Below are positions 35,919-57,043 of a stretch of 64,000 nt of DNA, piece after piece. Location of the stretch: NCBI RefSeq assembly GCF_009914755.1, contig NC_060935.1; one strand, 5' to 3'. This DNA comes from the human T2T-CHM13v2.0 reference genome, Homo sapiens. Below the pieces are notes generated by a model. That model saw only the letters and a program-made list of their open reading frames with translations, was not told the DNA's origin and did not search any database. The position numbers were made by a program, and so were the translations under genes. Within the stretch, counting starts at the first letter, position 1, and each line of letters starts with the position of its first letter.

Positions 35919-36538
35919 TCAAAAAAAAAAAAAAAAAAGAATTATTGAAAGCAAAGAGGAAACATGAAGTGGAAATGTATTCACTTTCGGTTTCTAAGCC
36001 CCTAAAGATGGCCTTGTTTTTCTGTTTGTTTGGTCAAGAATGGACCTATCCATGTTGTTTAACAGAGAAAAAGTTTAATTTTTATTTTAAAGCCCATTTA
36101 TCTATAGTGTTGCAAAATGGGTTTCAGATAAACAACAGACAGCAGCCATTGCCAAACAGTGCATTCGAAACTTTTATACTTTTCTTATGAAGTCACCATG
36201 GCTCAGTAGTTCAGTACATGACTTCAACCTCTGACCAACCTAGATTAGAGTCCAAACTTGTCACTTACTTTCCTTATGGGCTTGGGCAATTTTCTTAATC
36301 TGTCTGACCCTCAGTGTGCTCGTCTGCAAAATGTGGCTAACAAGGGTGCTCACCTCATGATTTTCATAAGGATTAAATGAAGTAATTGGCATGCCTACTG
36401 CGATGCCTGACACAAGGTTCCTGTCAACTAATTGTAGCTATTATTATCATCATCTCATTAATATAAACCCATGAGGTAGCTACTTCTATTTTACAGGGAA
36501 AGAAACAGAATCTTGGATGATGAATATAAAAATATTCA

Positions 36539-36892
<354 letters not shown>

Positions 36893-37583
36893 TCACCAAG
36901 CAAATAGTAAAAACCCATAGGTGAGCTTAAAAAGAAATTCAACAGTCTCCAACCTGCAGATCAGGAGTACTGACCCTCTATTCTTTGTAAGCATTTTGTG
37001 TAGGAAGAAGAAACTGAAAACAGCCTGTTAACTTGTCTGTCTGTCCTTATCTGTTAGGAGGAAATGGTCAGAGTTCCTGTACAGCTAGTATGTAGGCACT
37101 GCAGTTGTTCAGTAAGTACTTGTTAATCAAATAAATGGAGGGGTGAGCACCCAGGAGCTCTGGTCTGGATGTTCCCAGTCAGGAGCTGCACCCACACTCA
37201 TTTCTGCTCCCATCGCCCTATCTTCATTGCTACTTCATTCCTCACCTTAAAGCTTCAGGAAAATCCACAGAAGGTCTTCATTGGAAGATGAGAGGATGTA
37301 AACAAAAACCTGAGCCTTCCTTGAGATGTCAACCCTGAAAATTATATCCAAAGTTCAAAAAAATTGAGAAACTGTGGTAGACTATTAAAGTTGGGCACTA
37401 GAAAGACTGTAACATTCCTGTGGATGAGCAGGTCTCATGTTGCTTTAGAAAGAAACATGTTTAAAGTCTGAATAAATCAATGGTTAAGCTTTGGAGACCT
37501 TAGTTTAAACAAACATATCTTGACCTACAACAGGAATATAAACATGACCCTAAAAACACATTTGCAAATGATTTTCTTGGCCA

Positions 37584-37702
37584 CAGACATAGAAGAGTAC
37601 AAAACTATGATCCCCAAAAGAATCCTTAAGTTTGGATTTTATTTTGTAAAATAAATTTGAGAGTCCTCTTAGGGATCATAGTTTTGAACTGTTTTATGTC
37701 TG
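37584..37702. repeat. Imperfect palindrome / hairpin
   Basis: cagacatagaagagtacaaaactatgatccc pairs with gggatcatagttttgaactgttttatgtctg. Confidence 0.8.
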
Positions 37703-37899
37703 CAACAGAAGAAAACATATAGGAAAGAAATGTAAAAATTTAAACATGAAAGCATGTTTGTGTATTTCAAAGAGAGAAACATTAGTCTAGAAGGGAGAAA
37801 ATGAAAGTCTGTAATAGTGGCTTTAGGGTCAGACAATCCTAGGCTAGAATGCTAGAATTCTGGCCCAGTCAATTACTCGTAGGTGAGGCTGAGCAAGTC

Positions 37900-37948
37900 A
37901 TACACATATACAACTACACACACACACACATACACACTCACACACACG
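37900..37948. repeat. Imperfect (CA)n microsatellite within a MIR
   Basis: Direct reading. Confidence 0.8.
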
Positions 37949-39789
37949 ATTGTAAGATTAGATGGTTACTGTTAAGTACTTATCACAATGATGCATAGTA
38001 CACAGAATGTCCTCAGTAAATAATCTTTTTTTCCGCTTTTTTATTTTTATTTTTAAAGAAACAAGGTCTCAGGCTGGTCTGAAACTCCTAGCCTCAAGCA
38101 ATCCTCCTGTCTTGGCCTCCCAAAGTGGTGGGATTATGGCATGAGCTACCACACTCAGCCAATGATAGTTTCTATTATCAGAGAAAGAACAGAAAGAGAG
38201 GCCAAATCCCTTGACAATAATTTCTCTTATCCACCAGAGTTCCCAGACAGTCGCCAGAAGCAGTGTTTTATTGCTATGTTTACAAGGAATTGCCTAGAAG
38301 ACAAGCACCTGTGATGTGGGGACAGCATGAGATTTAGGATTAGAAGAATCTAGGCCCCCAGTTCTGACCCTGACACTTTCAGGCAATGTGTACTTGAACC
38401 AATCACATATCATCTCTGAGATTTGGATTCCCCATCTGAAAATGAGTCCCAGGATTTTTCTGAGTACTAAGAGAAATAACGTGGGTTATAGCCCTTTATA
38501 AATTGTGACACTTTTAACCGTAGTGAGTCCTTTAGTCTCTGGCCCTGTAACAGTCTTGCCCTAAGAAAGTATATATAGTCCTGTAAGGTAAGGTGCCAGG
38601 TTTCCCATCAGATGGGCTGCAAAGGTCTCATGACCTAACAGCCACACTTATGTCAGATGCCAGGCCACTGACATTTCAGGGTAGAAGGGGACATAAAGGA
38701 GAACTCTGACACAAAAAAAGTTCAAAGTCAGCTGTCCCAGGCCCGTCCAGCAAGGAAACTTTCACCATCTCTCACCCTGATCAGAAAAGCTCACCTGTAC
38801 CCTCAACATTTTCACATAAGAAATCTTTTCTAAGGGATTCAAGAACTTGAAGGAAAAAGAGGGTCTAGAGGAAGAATGCTTTTGCTCAGTAGTGAGAGCA
38901 GACTTTTCATCCTCATACCATTGCAAATAATTAGCATGTTTCATGAGCTAGTTCTTACAGCAGCAGTGTGCTGTCATGCAAAAAAGCTTCAGAGTGACTC
39001 AAGGCTTGGCTAAAACCCTCCATTCTTTAATTAATGTGTGACCCTCAGTTGATTGCCAGTTCCTTTGAATTATGGCTGCTTTTTGAAGCTAAGCAAAGCC
39101 ACAGATTTAGAGGAGACACATCTTGCAAGTTCACCCAGTTGCTCTTAAAAGGCACACATTTTTTTTTTTTTTTTTTGAGACAAGGTCCCACTTCATCACC
39201 CAGGCTGAAATACAGTATTGCAATCATAACTCACTATATCCTCAAATTCCTGGCCTCAAGTGAACATCCTGCTTCAGCCTCCCAAGCTGTTGGGATTACA
39301 GGGGTGAAACAGCATGCTCTTCAGAAGGCACATTTTTAGTTTCCAAATAGGTTTCACCTCAAATTGTTCTTTGAATGTTTTACTTGAGTTAGTCTAGTGT
39401 CCCCTTTTTTTTTTGTAAGCTCCAGCACTATCTTCTTTATTTGACAATTTAGTACCAAAGCCTGAACCTAGCACATAGTATGTTCACATAGTGTGTTCAC
39501 AATACATATTTGTACAATGACTGCCTATAGGAATTAATTTACAACTCACTGTAATCTCCTTGAGTCAAGCCCCCAAAGTACCTAGCAGAATGCATAGCAG
39601 ATGCTGAAGAAACACAAATTGGTTAATTTATCTGTGTCGTATTTATCATCCCTTCCTCCTGCTTCACTGGCATCTTCTCTTCTCTGGAAAGTTGAAATTT
39701 CCTGCTGTGTTTTCCACTTCTCAACTTCCACCAAGCACTGGTACTAACTGCCATACTCTTGGAGGCTTTTGGAATCTCCCTTTATAGGA

Positions 39790-39978
39790 ATGGTTGCCCG
39801 ATTTAGCAAATAAAAATATAGGACACCAAGGTTAAAATGAATTTTAGATAAACAATGAATAAAAATTGTAAAGGTATAAATATGTCCCATTCAACATTTG
39901 AGTTATATTTACACCAAAAAAATTTTCATTGCTTATCTGAAATTCAAATGTTACAGTGCATTTTATGTGGCAACCTTA
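39790..39978. mobile_element. MER53 palindromic hAT MITE
   Basis: ggttgcc.gatttagcaaataaaaata...gataaacaatgaa / ttcattgcttatctgaaattcaaat...ggcaacc. Confidence 0.8.
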
Positions 39979-40057
39979 TTTACAGGATCTCACCACAAGT
40001 ATTGACACTAACATAGAAGTTGTCATTTCTCATAACTACACCTTTTAGGCTCTGTGA

Positions 40058-40213
<156 letters not shown>

Positions 40214-41504
40214 TAATTAGTCAGTTCCAAACACCCTAAGGAGACAGAAAGCTGCTTTATCTTCTTCAAGTACAGGCCTTGCTCAGAGTAATGTGCTGGG
40301 GAAGGGAGAATCAAGTACCTCAGTTTTTCTCCTGGATTTGAAGTTTCATTCATTCAACTAGTGAGCTGCTCTCTCTCCTCTCAGCTGAGGGATAGATATT
40401 TGTGTATATTCCACCGAGCCCAAATTAAGAGCATCCAAACACTAAGCATAGATTTCCTCCTTTGCATTGCTCCTGACACAGTTTATCCTTCCAGATCACC
40501 CAGCTGCTTCCATTGAAACATAGAAATCTTACCTACTTCTCCAAACATCAGACACCTTTAAAACTCTCTCCTTTGTATGCTTCTTAGTGTACTCAGTTAC
40601 AAAGTTCTGGGTTTGTTTTTATTGCAGTTATTTATTTTCTGTTGTCTTCCCTACAGAAATACTTCTCATATCTGCCTCTTCCTCTTTCATTCCATTTCTC
40701 CAGTCTGTCCTGCCCATTTAATATGTCATCACCTGAGGCCTAGATTGCAGCAACAGTGTCTTAGCTCTTCTGGCTTCCTGCATCTGTACACCTCCTAGCA
40801 AATGTATCCTAATATAGTCTCCTTTTCCCATCTGGGATTCCCCTTTGGGGAAAGCTGGCATAAATCTTGATTTTCTATTTAACAAATCAATACCAGGCTC
40901 CATAGCTGAGGCTTCAAGATACCCCAGCCCTTCTATTTTCTTTGCCTTGTCTGTCTTCCATAGACTGATACAGTCCAATTTCTATTTGCTCAGATCTGGG
41001 CCTCATCCCTACATCTGGCTGCATGAGCCCCATCATTGCTCCTGCCTTGAATACTCAAATCCCTTCCCTCCTCCTCTGGGCCAATCCATGTCCCTTACCT
41101 CCTTCAAAACCCAGCTTTTTAGAAGATAATACAGCCAATCTTGGGGTGGAGAAAGCCTTTTCAAAGAGAAGAAAACAAAAGAGGAAAATGCAAAGGGAAA
41201 AGTTTAGTAGATTTGATGACACAAGAATGAAAAGATTCCTTATGTCAAAAAGTACTGTAAACAGAACAAAAACAACTAGAAAAAAATCGCTACCTATAAT
41301 AGACAATGTTAATATTCTTAACGTAATTTGCAAATTAGTAAGAAACAGACATTCCAAAAGAAAATGAAGAGCAGGTATATTTGTGTGACACACACATGAA
41401 GCAGAAGAGGCCAAAAACATGAGAAACCACAAAACCTCAGTAGTACTAGAGAAACACAAATTAAAAGAATGAGTTTCCTTTTTCTTTCATCAGACATTTT
41501 TTAA

Positions 41505-41908
<404 letters not shown>

Positions 41909-42343
41909 TAGCATAGATTAGGAAAACCTTACTACTTGTTTACTTTGTTAACAGTGTTTTCCAATTTTCCTATAATAAATATGTATCCTTTTTAATAATT
42001 AACACAATATGTATATGCACTTTTCAAAATCTTATGAAAATTGAAGGGAGGATAAGGCAGGAGGAGAAGGAAAGTGCATTTTTCTTAACCAGATAGGCCT
42101 GGTTTAGAAATCCCTCATTGCCTCTAACTAGCTGCAATTGACTTCTCAAGTCTGGGATCCTCACCTCAGTGAGCTGTTAAAATAGAAAAAAGTATGTAAC
42201 CTGTTATTACAATACCTGGCACTTTGTAAACATTCAAAAAGTGGTGTTATTTGTTATTATTTTGTTGTATCCTCAGAGAGCATATAGTTTCAGTCTTTTG
42301 CATGTAGTAGATACAACATTAAAATATCTGCTAGATGGTCTGA

Positions 42344-43164
<821 letters not shown>

Positions 43165-44168
43165 AGCAATGACAATGGGCTCCCTTTTCTCCTTACTGTT
43201 ACTCTTTATTTTATTAATATTTTGATTGAAACTCATCTGTCTTTGGAATGCTTCCTATGCTTGACGGCACCTGAGTCTATTAACGTCAGTGTTTCCTGGT
43301 AATCTGTGACCTATTTGTCTGCTGACCTTCTCTTTCCTCCAGGCAGAAGCTAATTCTGTGTTTCTTATGAGGCTTCTTGCATGTTCATGTTCATCAGTGT
43401 TGTAAATTAAATTAATAGTATTTCAGGTCAGCAAAATAGCTTCCCTTCCCTTCCTCTTCTTTTCCCCTTTTGTCCCTTCTACTCCTTTGCCCTCCTCCCT
43501 GAAAATATAATTATTAATTATTCCTTTTCTCTGACATAAATCTATATTTGCTTTTGGAAAGTAGAATGAATACTTTTTTACTTATAACCCATATTGAATA
43601 TATGTCTTTTTAATATTTGGGAAACACGCACTAAACACTTTAGGACAGTTGCTAAGAGATTATAACAACAGCGGAAGGTGATTATGCAACAAGCACTGGA
43701 TTCTCCCCTCCATATCTTTATAACTATTAAGGTCTATAATTATGGGGCTTGGCATTAGAACAGATGTGAATTCTGTCTCCAATGCTATACAACCTTAGGC
43801 AATTCAACTATCCTCTCTGGGATTTAGCTTCTTTGTCTATAAAAAGTTGATAACATCTATAACAAAAGATGGGAGTTAAATGTGTATAAAGTATATAAGA
43901 AACAATCTAACACAGAGTAGATGTAGGGATACTATCTAACATAAAGAGAAATGTGAATTTCCCCTTCCCTTTAGGAGGTTCATTCATTTCTTAGGGGATT
44001 TATAATCCAGTGGGAAAAATCAAGATCTACATAAACACTAAACATAATCAAAACTAATTTATTAAGCATGTAGGACATAAAATGTGTCATATACTCCACT
44101 AAAGGAATTTTGCAAAGACGGTCTTATTTAATCTTTATAACTGGTACTGTTATAACTTTATTTATATC

Positions 44169-46226
<2,058 letters not shown>

Positions 46227-46858
46227 GAATTTATATTTTTAAAGAGAACCTATGTGCTATCCAAAAATAAACCTGGAATGATTCCATCTTAAGACATATT
46301 TTAAATGAGTAAATTATCCAGTTATAAGATGAAGATCAAGTTTATAGCAAGATAACAAATGGATTCTGAATGCTTATTAATGTAGATATCATCTATTTAG
46401 ACTTAGAGATAATTTTGACAGGGTTCTGGGTAAGTATACTTTGGCTTAGCAAACCCTTTCTTCTAAACATTAAGTCATAACATGGGGTTCCTGGATATTT
46501 AAGGGATCTGTAGAAGTGGTAAAGGAGGTTTCAGAACAAACTTCAACCTCAAATGGGGCTGTCCAGGCTAAGTCATGTGTTAACTTAGGGGCTGTGGTGA
46601 TCAACTCAGAGTGACAGATTAGCTCTGATGGGCACTCACAAATGTTCTTGACTATTTAAAAAATAATGAAACAATTATGAATTAATATAGCTTTGCTGAC
46701 AATACTTTTCAAAATTTGGGATCCATGATGGGAAGGATAGGGTCTATGTGTACCAAAAAATGTACTTGATGGTGAAATATTTGTAAATCGCTTTCCCAGA
46801 GTATAAATTAATAAAATTTTAAGACCATAGAGGAACATTTAAAATACAGTATGGTTTT

Positions 46859-50398
<3,540 letters not shown>

Positions 50399-51042
50399 TA
50401 GCAGTAAGAAAAATAAAATAACATTTTATGTGATATTATGTATATTATTAAAAATTGGATGGAAATAACTGAAATGGAGAAAACATAGGCCAATATAAGG
50501 TCCCCAGAATGGCAGGCACAAGTTTGGTGGCCGGAGAGGTTGTGGTGGAGGCGTTGCCTTATTTTGATCAAGGTTATGAAGCCCCTGGTGTGTGGAAAGC
50601 TGCTGAGGTGCTGGTGGAAGAGCAAACTCACCTACTAAGAGCTACCTGAGCTGCCTAACAGCCCCGAATTATTCTGCATTTGAAATTCTAGACAGCATTT
50701 AACCCAGAGAAGAATTAGGGGAAGGAAAATAATCCATTATAATGACTGACATAATGAGAAATGAATTTGCAAGACTGGCTGCTCGACAACCAATTGAATT
50801 GCTCAGTACGAAATGATATGAGCTTCCAGCCCCTTTCTCCCATCAAAAAAATGACACTGCTGCATGGTAAGAATGTGTAAACAATTTTATTGCCCAGTTA
50901 AAGCAGCAAGCAGTTAGAACTGAGACTCTGGAACTAATGTCACAGCATGGATATAATGCCTAGAAAGTTTACAATGAAAATCTAGTTCGTATGATTGAAC
51001 ACTCACAGAAAGAACTTCAGAAGGTAAGAAAACATATTCAAG

Positions 51043-52678
51043 GCTCTCCCTCTCCCTCTCCCTCTCCCTCTCCCTCTCCGTCTCCCCACGGTCTCCCTCT
51101 CCTACGGTCTCCCTCTCCCTCTCTTTCCACGGTCTCCCTCTGATGCCGAGCCGAAGCTGGACTGTACTGCTGCCATCTTGGCTCACTGCAACCTCCCTGC
51201 ATGATTCTCCTGCCTCAGCCTGCCGAGTGCCTGCGATTGCAGGCACGTGCCTCCACGCCTGACTGGTTTTCGTATTTTTTTGGTGGAGACGGGGTTTCTC
51301 TGTGTTGGCCGGGCCGGTCTCCAGCTCCTAACCACGAGTGATCCGCCAGCCTCGGCCTCCCGAGGTGCCGGGATTGCAGACGGTGTCTGGTTCACTCAGT
51401 GCTCAATGGTGCCCAGGCTGGAGTGCAGTGGCGTGATCTCGGCTCGCTACAACCTCCACCTCCCAGCCGCCTGCCTTGGCCTCCCCAAATGCCGAGATTG
51501 CAGCCTCTGCCCGGCCGCCACCCCGTCTGGGAAGTGAGGAGCGTCTCTGCCTGGCCGCCCATCGTCTGGGATGTGAGGAGCCCCTCTGCCTGGCTGCCCA
51601 GTCTGGAAAGTGAGGAGCGTCTCTGCCCGGCCGCCATCACATCTAGGAAGTGAGGAGCGTCTCTGCCCGGCCGCCCATCGTCTGAGATGTGGGGAGCGCC
51701 TCTGCCCCGCCGCCCCGTCTGGGATGTGAGGAGCGCCTCTGCCCGGCCGTGACCCCATCTGGGAGGTGAGGAGCGTCTCTGCCCGGCCGCCCCATCTGAG
51801 AAGTGAGGAGACCCTCTGCCTGGCAACCGCCCCGTCTGAGAAGTGAGGAGCCCCTCCGCCCGGCAGCCACCCTGTCTGGGAAGTGAGGAGCCTCTCCGCC
51901 CGGCAGCCACCCCGTCCGGGAGGGAGGTGGGGGGGTAAGCCCCCCGCCCGGCCAGCCGCCCCGTCCGGGAGGGAGGTGGGGGGTTTCAGCCCCCCGCCTG
52001 GCCAGCCGCCCCGTCCAGGAGGGAGGTGGGGGGGTCAGCCCCCCGCCCGGCCAGCCGCCCCGTCCGGGAGGTGAGGGGCGCCTCTGCCCGGCCGCCCCTA
52101 CTGGGAAGTGAGGAGCCCCTCTGCCAGGCCACCACCCCGTCTGGGAGGTGTACCCAGCAGCTCATTGAGAACGGGCCATGATGACAATGGCGGTTTTGTG
52201 GAATGGAAAGGGGGGAAAGGTGGGGAAAAGATTGAGAAATCGGATGGTTGCCGTGTCTGTGAAGAAAGAAGTATACATGGGAGACTTTTCATTTTGTTCT
52301 GTACTAAGAAAAATTCTTCTGCCTTGGTATCCTGTTGATCTGTGACATTACCCCTAACCCTGTGCTCTCTGAAACATGTGCTGTGTCCACTCAGGGTTAA
52401 ATGGATTAAGGGCGGTGCAAGATGTGCTTTGTTAAACAGATGCTTGAAGGCAGCATACTCCTTAAGAATCATCACCACTCCCTAATCTCAAGTACCCAGG
52501 GACACAAGCACTGCGGAAGGCCGCAGGGTCCTCTGCCTAGGAAAACCAGAGACCTTTGTTCACTTGTTTATCTGCTGACCTTCCCTCCACTATTGTCCTA
52601 TGACCCTGCCAAATCCCCCTCTGCGAGAAACACCCAAGAATGATCAATAAAAAGTAAATAAATAAATAAATAAATAAA
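51043..52678 (+). mobile_element. Full-length SVA retrotransposon (SVA_C/D-like)
   Basis: (CCCTCT)n, antisense Alu-like domain, GC-rich VNTR, SINE-R, AATAAA and (TAAA)n tail; perfect 17-bp TSD aagaaaacatattcaag at 51026-51042 and 52679-52695. Confidence 0.97.
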
Positions 52679-52831
52679 AAGAAAACATATTCAAGAGTTT
52701 AACGGGCAGAGAAAGAACATGCAACTCGCTGGATCTAAATTGAGAGAAATGGAGTCAAATTGGGTATCCCTGGTCAGTAAGAATTATGAGATTGAACAGA
52801 CTATTGTTCAACTAGAAAATGAAATCTATGT

Positions 52832-53164
<333 letters not shown>

Positions 53165-53343
53165 TTAAGGATCAATATGGAGAAGCAAACAAAACATCCC
53201 ATGAGACTTCTGAAAAAATTTTATAGGTCGAAGAAAAGTTTGGCTTTCACAGAAGGGATGTGAACTTTCAATGAACTATGAAGGATAACAGCATCTTCCA
53301 GAAACCATTGATATTTAAATGTTTAGAAATCATAGACTGTGTG

Positions 53344-53661
<318 letters not shown>

Positions 53662-54319
53662 AGAAATAATAGACTGTGTGGATGGTTGTAGTAATTCTAT
53701 TTGTATACCCTAGGAAAATAAAAATGTCTAGCTTGACGGTTAAAAAAAAGAAAGAACTGAAATGCAACAGTGGTTGTTTTTGGTTTGTAGTCTATAGGCA
53801 ACCAATCAATTTGTTCTTTTCAGTATTTTCCAAATTGTATTTAATGTGTGTGTATTAACTTATAATTGGAACTATATATACTTTTTATTGTTAATAAGTT
53901 AAATCATAATTTCTAAGTAAGTATTGTGGAAAACACTAATTTATACACATTATGTATTATTCTTATCTGTTTCATTTAATCGAGAACCTTAATCCCTCTA
54001 CCTTTCCCCTATTTCATCTACTTTAAACCTACCTTAGTCATTTAATGCTTTTAGATTAATGGTGAAATGACCCACTGGGGCCCAAGTCTTGATCTGATCT
54101 TGCAATTTTCAGAAAATAATGTCAAACCTGTCAATTGATTGAGATTAATCTGAGAGGGGAGAGACCAAAAGTGTACCCTGCAGATATGGCTACAGAGTAT
54201 TCTCAAAAAGTAACTAAGTTTGCTCTAGCACCTAAGAGAATGAGGGAGTCAATTAAACTCTACACTGGACATAGCCAAAAACTATTCTTCCAGAACATAA
54301 CCTGGAAGCTTTATTTAAT

Positions 54320-54752
54320 TAATAATATTTTTAAAATATATATTTTAAAAAATTTAATTTTGTGGATACATAGTAGATATACATGAAATGTTTTGAAACA
54401 GGCATGCAAGGTGAAATAAACACATCATGGAGAATGGGGTACCCATCCCCTCAAGCACTTATCATTTGTGTTACAAACAATCCAATTACATTCTTTTAGT
54501 TATTTTTAAATACACGGTTAAGTTATTATTGACCATAGTCACCCTGTTGTGCTATCGTATAGTAGGTCTTATTCACTCTTCTTATTTATCTGTTTTTACC
54601 CATTAACCATGCCCACCTAACCCACCCAGCCCCCAGTACCCTTCCCAGCCTCTGGTAACCATTCTTCTACAGTCTATGTCCGTGAGTTCAATTGTTTTCA
54701 TTTTTAGATCCCGAAAATAAGTGAGAACATGTGATGTTTGCCTTTTTGTGCC
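54320..54752 (-). mobile_element. 5'-truncated L1MA (L1MA2-4-like) 3' end
   Basis: cacatcatggagaatggggta.ccatcccctcaagca, cccttcccagcctctggtaacc; flanking repeat aagctttattt. Confidence 0.8.
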
Positions 54753-56307
54753 CTGAAAGCTTTATTTTTAATAAAAATAAAATATCGGTTTTTCTTTTCC
54801 CTTTCAAAAAATTAATACTGTACATGGTCAACGTGGAAAATTAGAAAACAAAACAAAGCTATAATGCAAAATAATTTTTAAAAGTTACCCCAGAAAAGTT
54901 TTTTTTTTTTATCTTTTGGATACACTTTTAAAATATAGATTCCAAAGTTGTCTTCTTAACCAACTGAATCAAAATATCCAGTGTGGAAGCCAGAAATCTG
55001 CATTTGTAAACCAATATGCCAGGTGAACTGGTGGTTCTATGTAGAGAAGACCCTCGTTACAATGTAGTCCACATTGTGCAAAGCACCTACGGAGTGTATC
55101 ACTAAAGATAAATTGATTGCATAATGTACACCCAGGTTCTCAATGAGTTATCTTGCTGTATAAGGTAATTTAGCTTTATATTCCCTTCTTGTTTATTGTC
55201 ATTTGGACTTTTTACCTTCTTTTTGGATACTTTGGCCTAATACACCTATGGAAGCCATCCATCTAAATAAAAAATGGAGACACATCTGATATAGGATTAT
55301 ATGATTATTATTACTATTATTTTATTTGGAAAATTGAGGCTTAGGAGGTGAGGTAACTTGCCTGAAGTCACACAAAGTGGTTGGGACCATATTGAAACTA
55401 ATTCTACTAATTCTGTTCTAAGTATATAAATACTGAAGTTTTAATGGTGGTTTCTCTATAGAAATAAAATAATTATGATCTTAGGATTTGTTAACCTTAA
55501 ATCATTGTATTACTTTTAGAAAAAATGAACAGCTTTGGTTGTGGAAGTTGTAGCTACTGACTACACAGACTGCCCACAAAAACCAACCATAAAAGAGAAA
55601 ACTCTCAGAAATGCTCGATCTTTGCTTAGCATGCAAAGTTTTTCTCCTAGGATTTGTGGTTACCCCATATGCATTGATATTTATCTGATAATCAGAAATT
55701 GTGCGTGGGTTGGCCTCCCTGTTTCCAGGACTTATTTATTGGATTCATTATCAGTACCTTCAGCAGGGAACACCAAGACAGTGATTGTTAAGCCTGAGGA
55801 AGTATTTATGGGTTTTTAAAATTATTATTAGCTGACACCTGGAATTAAACTATCTAAAAAAAAGACCAGCAGGACACTCCAATTAATAGCAGATTCGAAA
55901 TAAAATAGTAAAAATGCAAAATGATGACCAAAATTCTGAAATTAGTCATTAGTCTGAAATTGAAGAATGCTGATCTTTAAAGTAAATTTTCATCATTATT
56001 CATGAGCTCTCTACACTTGAGATTTTGTGAATTTCTATGAAGTTTGGACTGTCTTGTTCCCAGGATAGAAATAGATCAAAGTGGGAGCTCACCCCATGAG
56101 GACAGTTTCAGAGTCAGTGAGTGTTTAGTTCTAGATCAAGAGGTTGGAAGTGAAGTGTTGTCTTTTGGATAGGTAGAACCCAAATCAGAAAGAGTCAAAA
56201 TAGTATAATTAGCACCAGGCAGGGAGAAGGCATAGGATAATTAAAGAAGGAATACAGAGGAGGAAGACCTGTGAGACAGAAAGAGGACTAGATGCAAAAC
56301 ATAACCT

Positions 56308-57043
56308 GTGTAACAGAATGTTCATTTTTAGCTGGGCCCGTTGCTACCCATCTTAAAAAATAATAATAACAAAAAATGATAACAAAGAAAAACCCTATTC
56401 TTCAAGTTTCCCTTGTAGCTAGGTAGGGCCACAAGCAATTAGAAATGATATATGATTCTTACATCTCTCTCTTTTTTTTTTTTTCCTGAGACGGAGTATC
56501 TCTCTGCACTCAGGCCGGAGTGCAGTGGCGTGGTCTCAGCTCACTGCAACCTCCGCCTCCTGGGTTCAAGCAATTCTCCTGCCTCAGCCTACTGAGTAGC
56601 TAGGATTACAGGCGTGCACCACCACGCCCGGCTAATTTTTGTATTCCATGTGGACCAGTCTGGTCTTGAACTCCTGACCTCATGATCTGCCCACCTAAGC
56701 CTCCCAAAGTTCTGGGATTACAGGTGTGAGCCACCGCGCCCGGCCGATCCTTACATCTCTTTAAAAGGAAGAAGGCCCACCCTTCTTTATTTCTCCATCC
56801 TGCTGTCTAGATGATGATAGGATTCCTGGAGTTCCAGCATCTGTCCTGGAACATAAGGATTAAAGCCACCTGTTAAGGATGTGGACTAGAGAGAAGGGGC
56901 TTGGGCCTCTGATAGTCTGATAACTTGCCATAACCATCTATCTCAAGACTTCTTTTACATGAGAAATAAATTCTGCATTGTGTAAGTCTCTCCTGTATTG
57001 GATTTTTCTGTTATGTGTAGCCAAACTAATCTTGAATAATGTA
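56308..57043 (+). mobile_element. MLT1 (MaLR) LTR with an antisense Alu at 56471-56745
   Basis: tcccttgtagctagg, tgagaaataaa...tgtgtaag motifs; Alu TSD gat(t/c)cttacatctct. Confidence 0.6.

Noticed and set aside
39790-39978. Long hairpin as a novel miRNA
   Set aside because: Explained by the palindromic MER53 MITE; no expression evidence
41023-41459. Overlapping 114-aa and 134-aa ORFs, one apparently hydrophobic
   Set aside because: A-rich degraded L1-like sequence; composition explains the peptides
50509-51042. Functional BCAS2 retrogene
   Set aside because: A ~10-nt frameshifting deletion near 50630, multiple stops and SVA/Alu insertions
51392-52478. Longest ORFs in the window (172 aa, 126 aa and others)
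   Set aside because: Stop-poor SVA VNTR and SINE-R sequence
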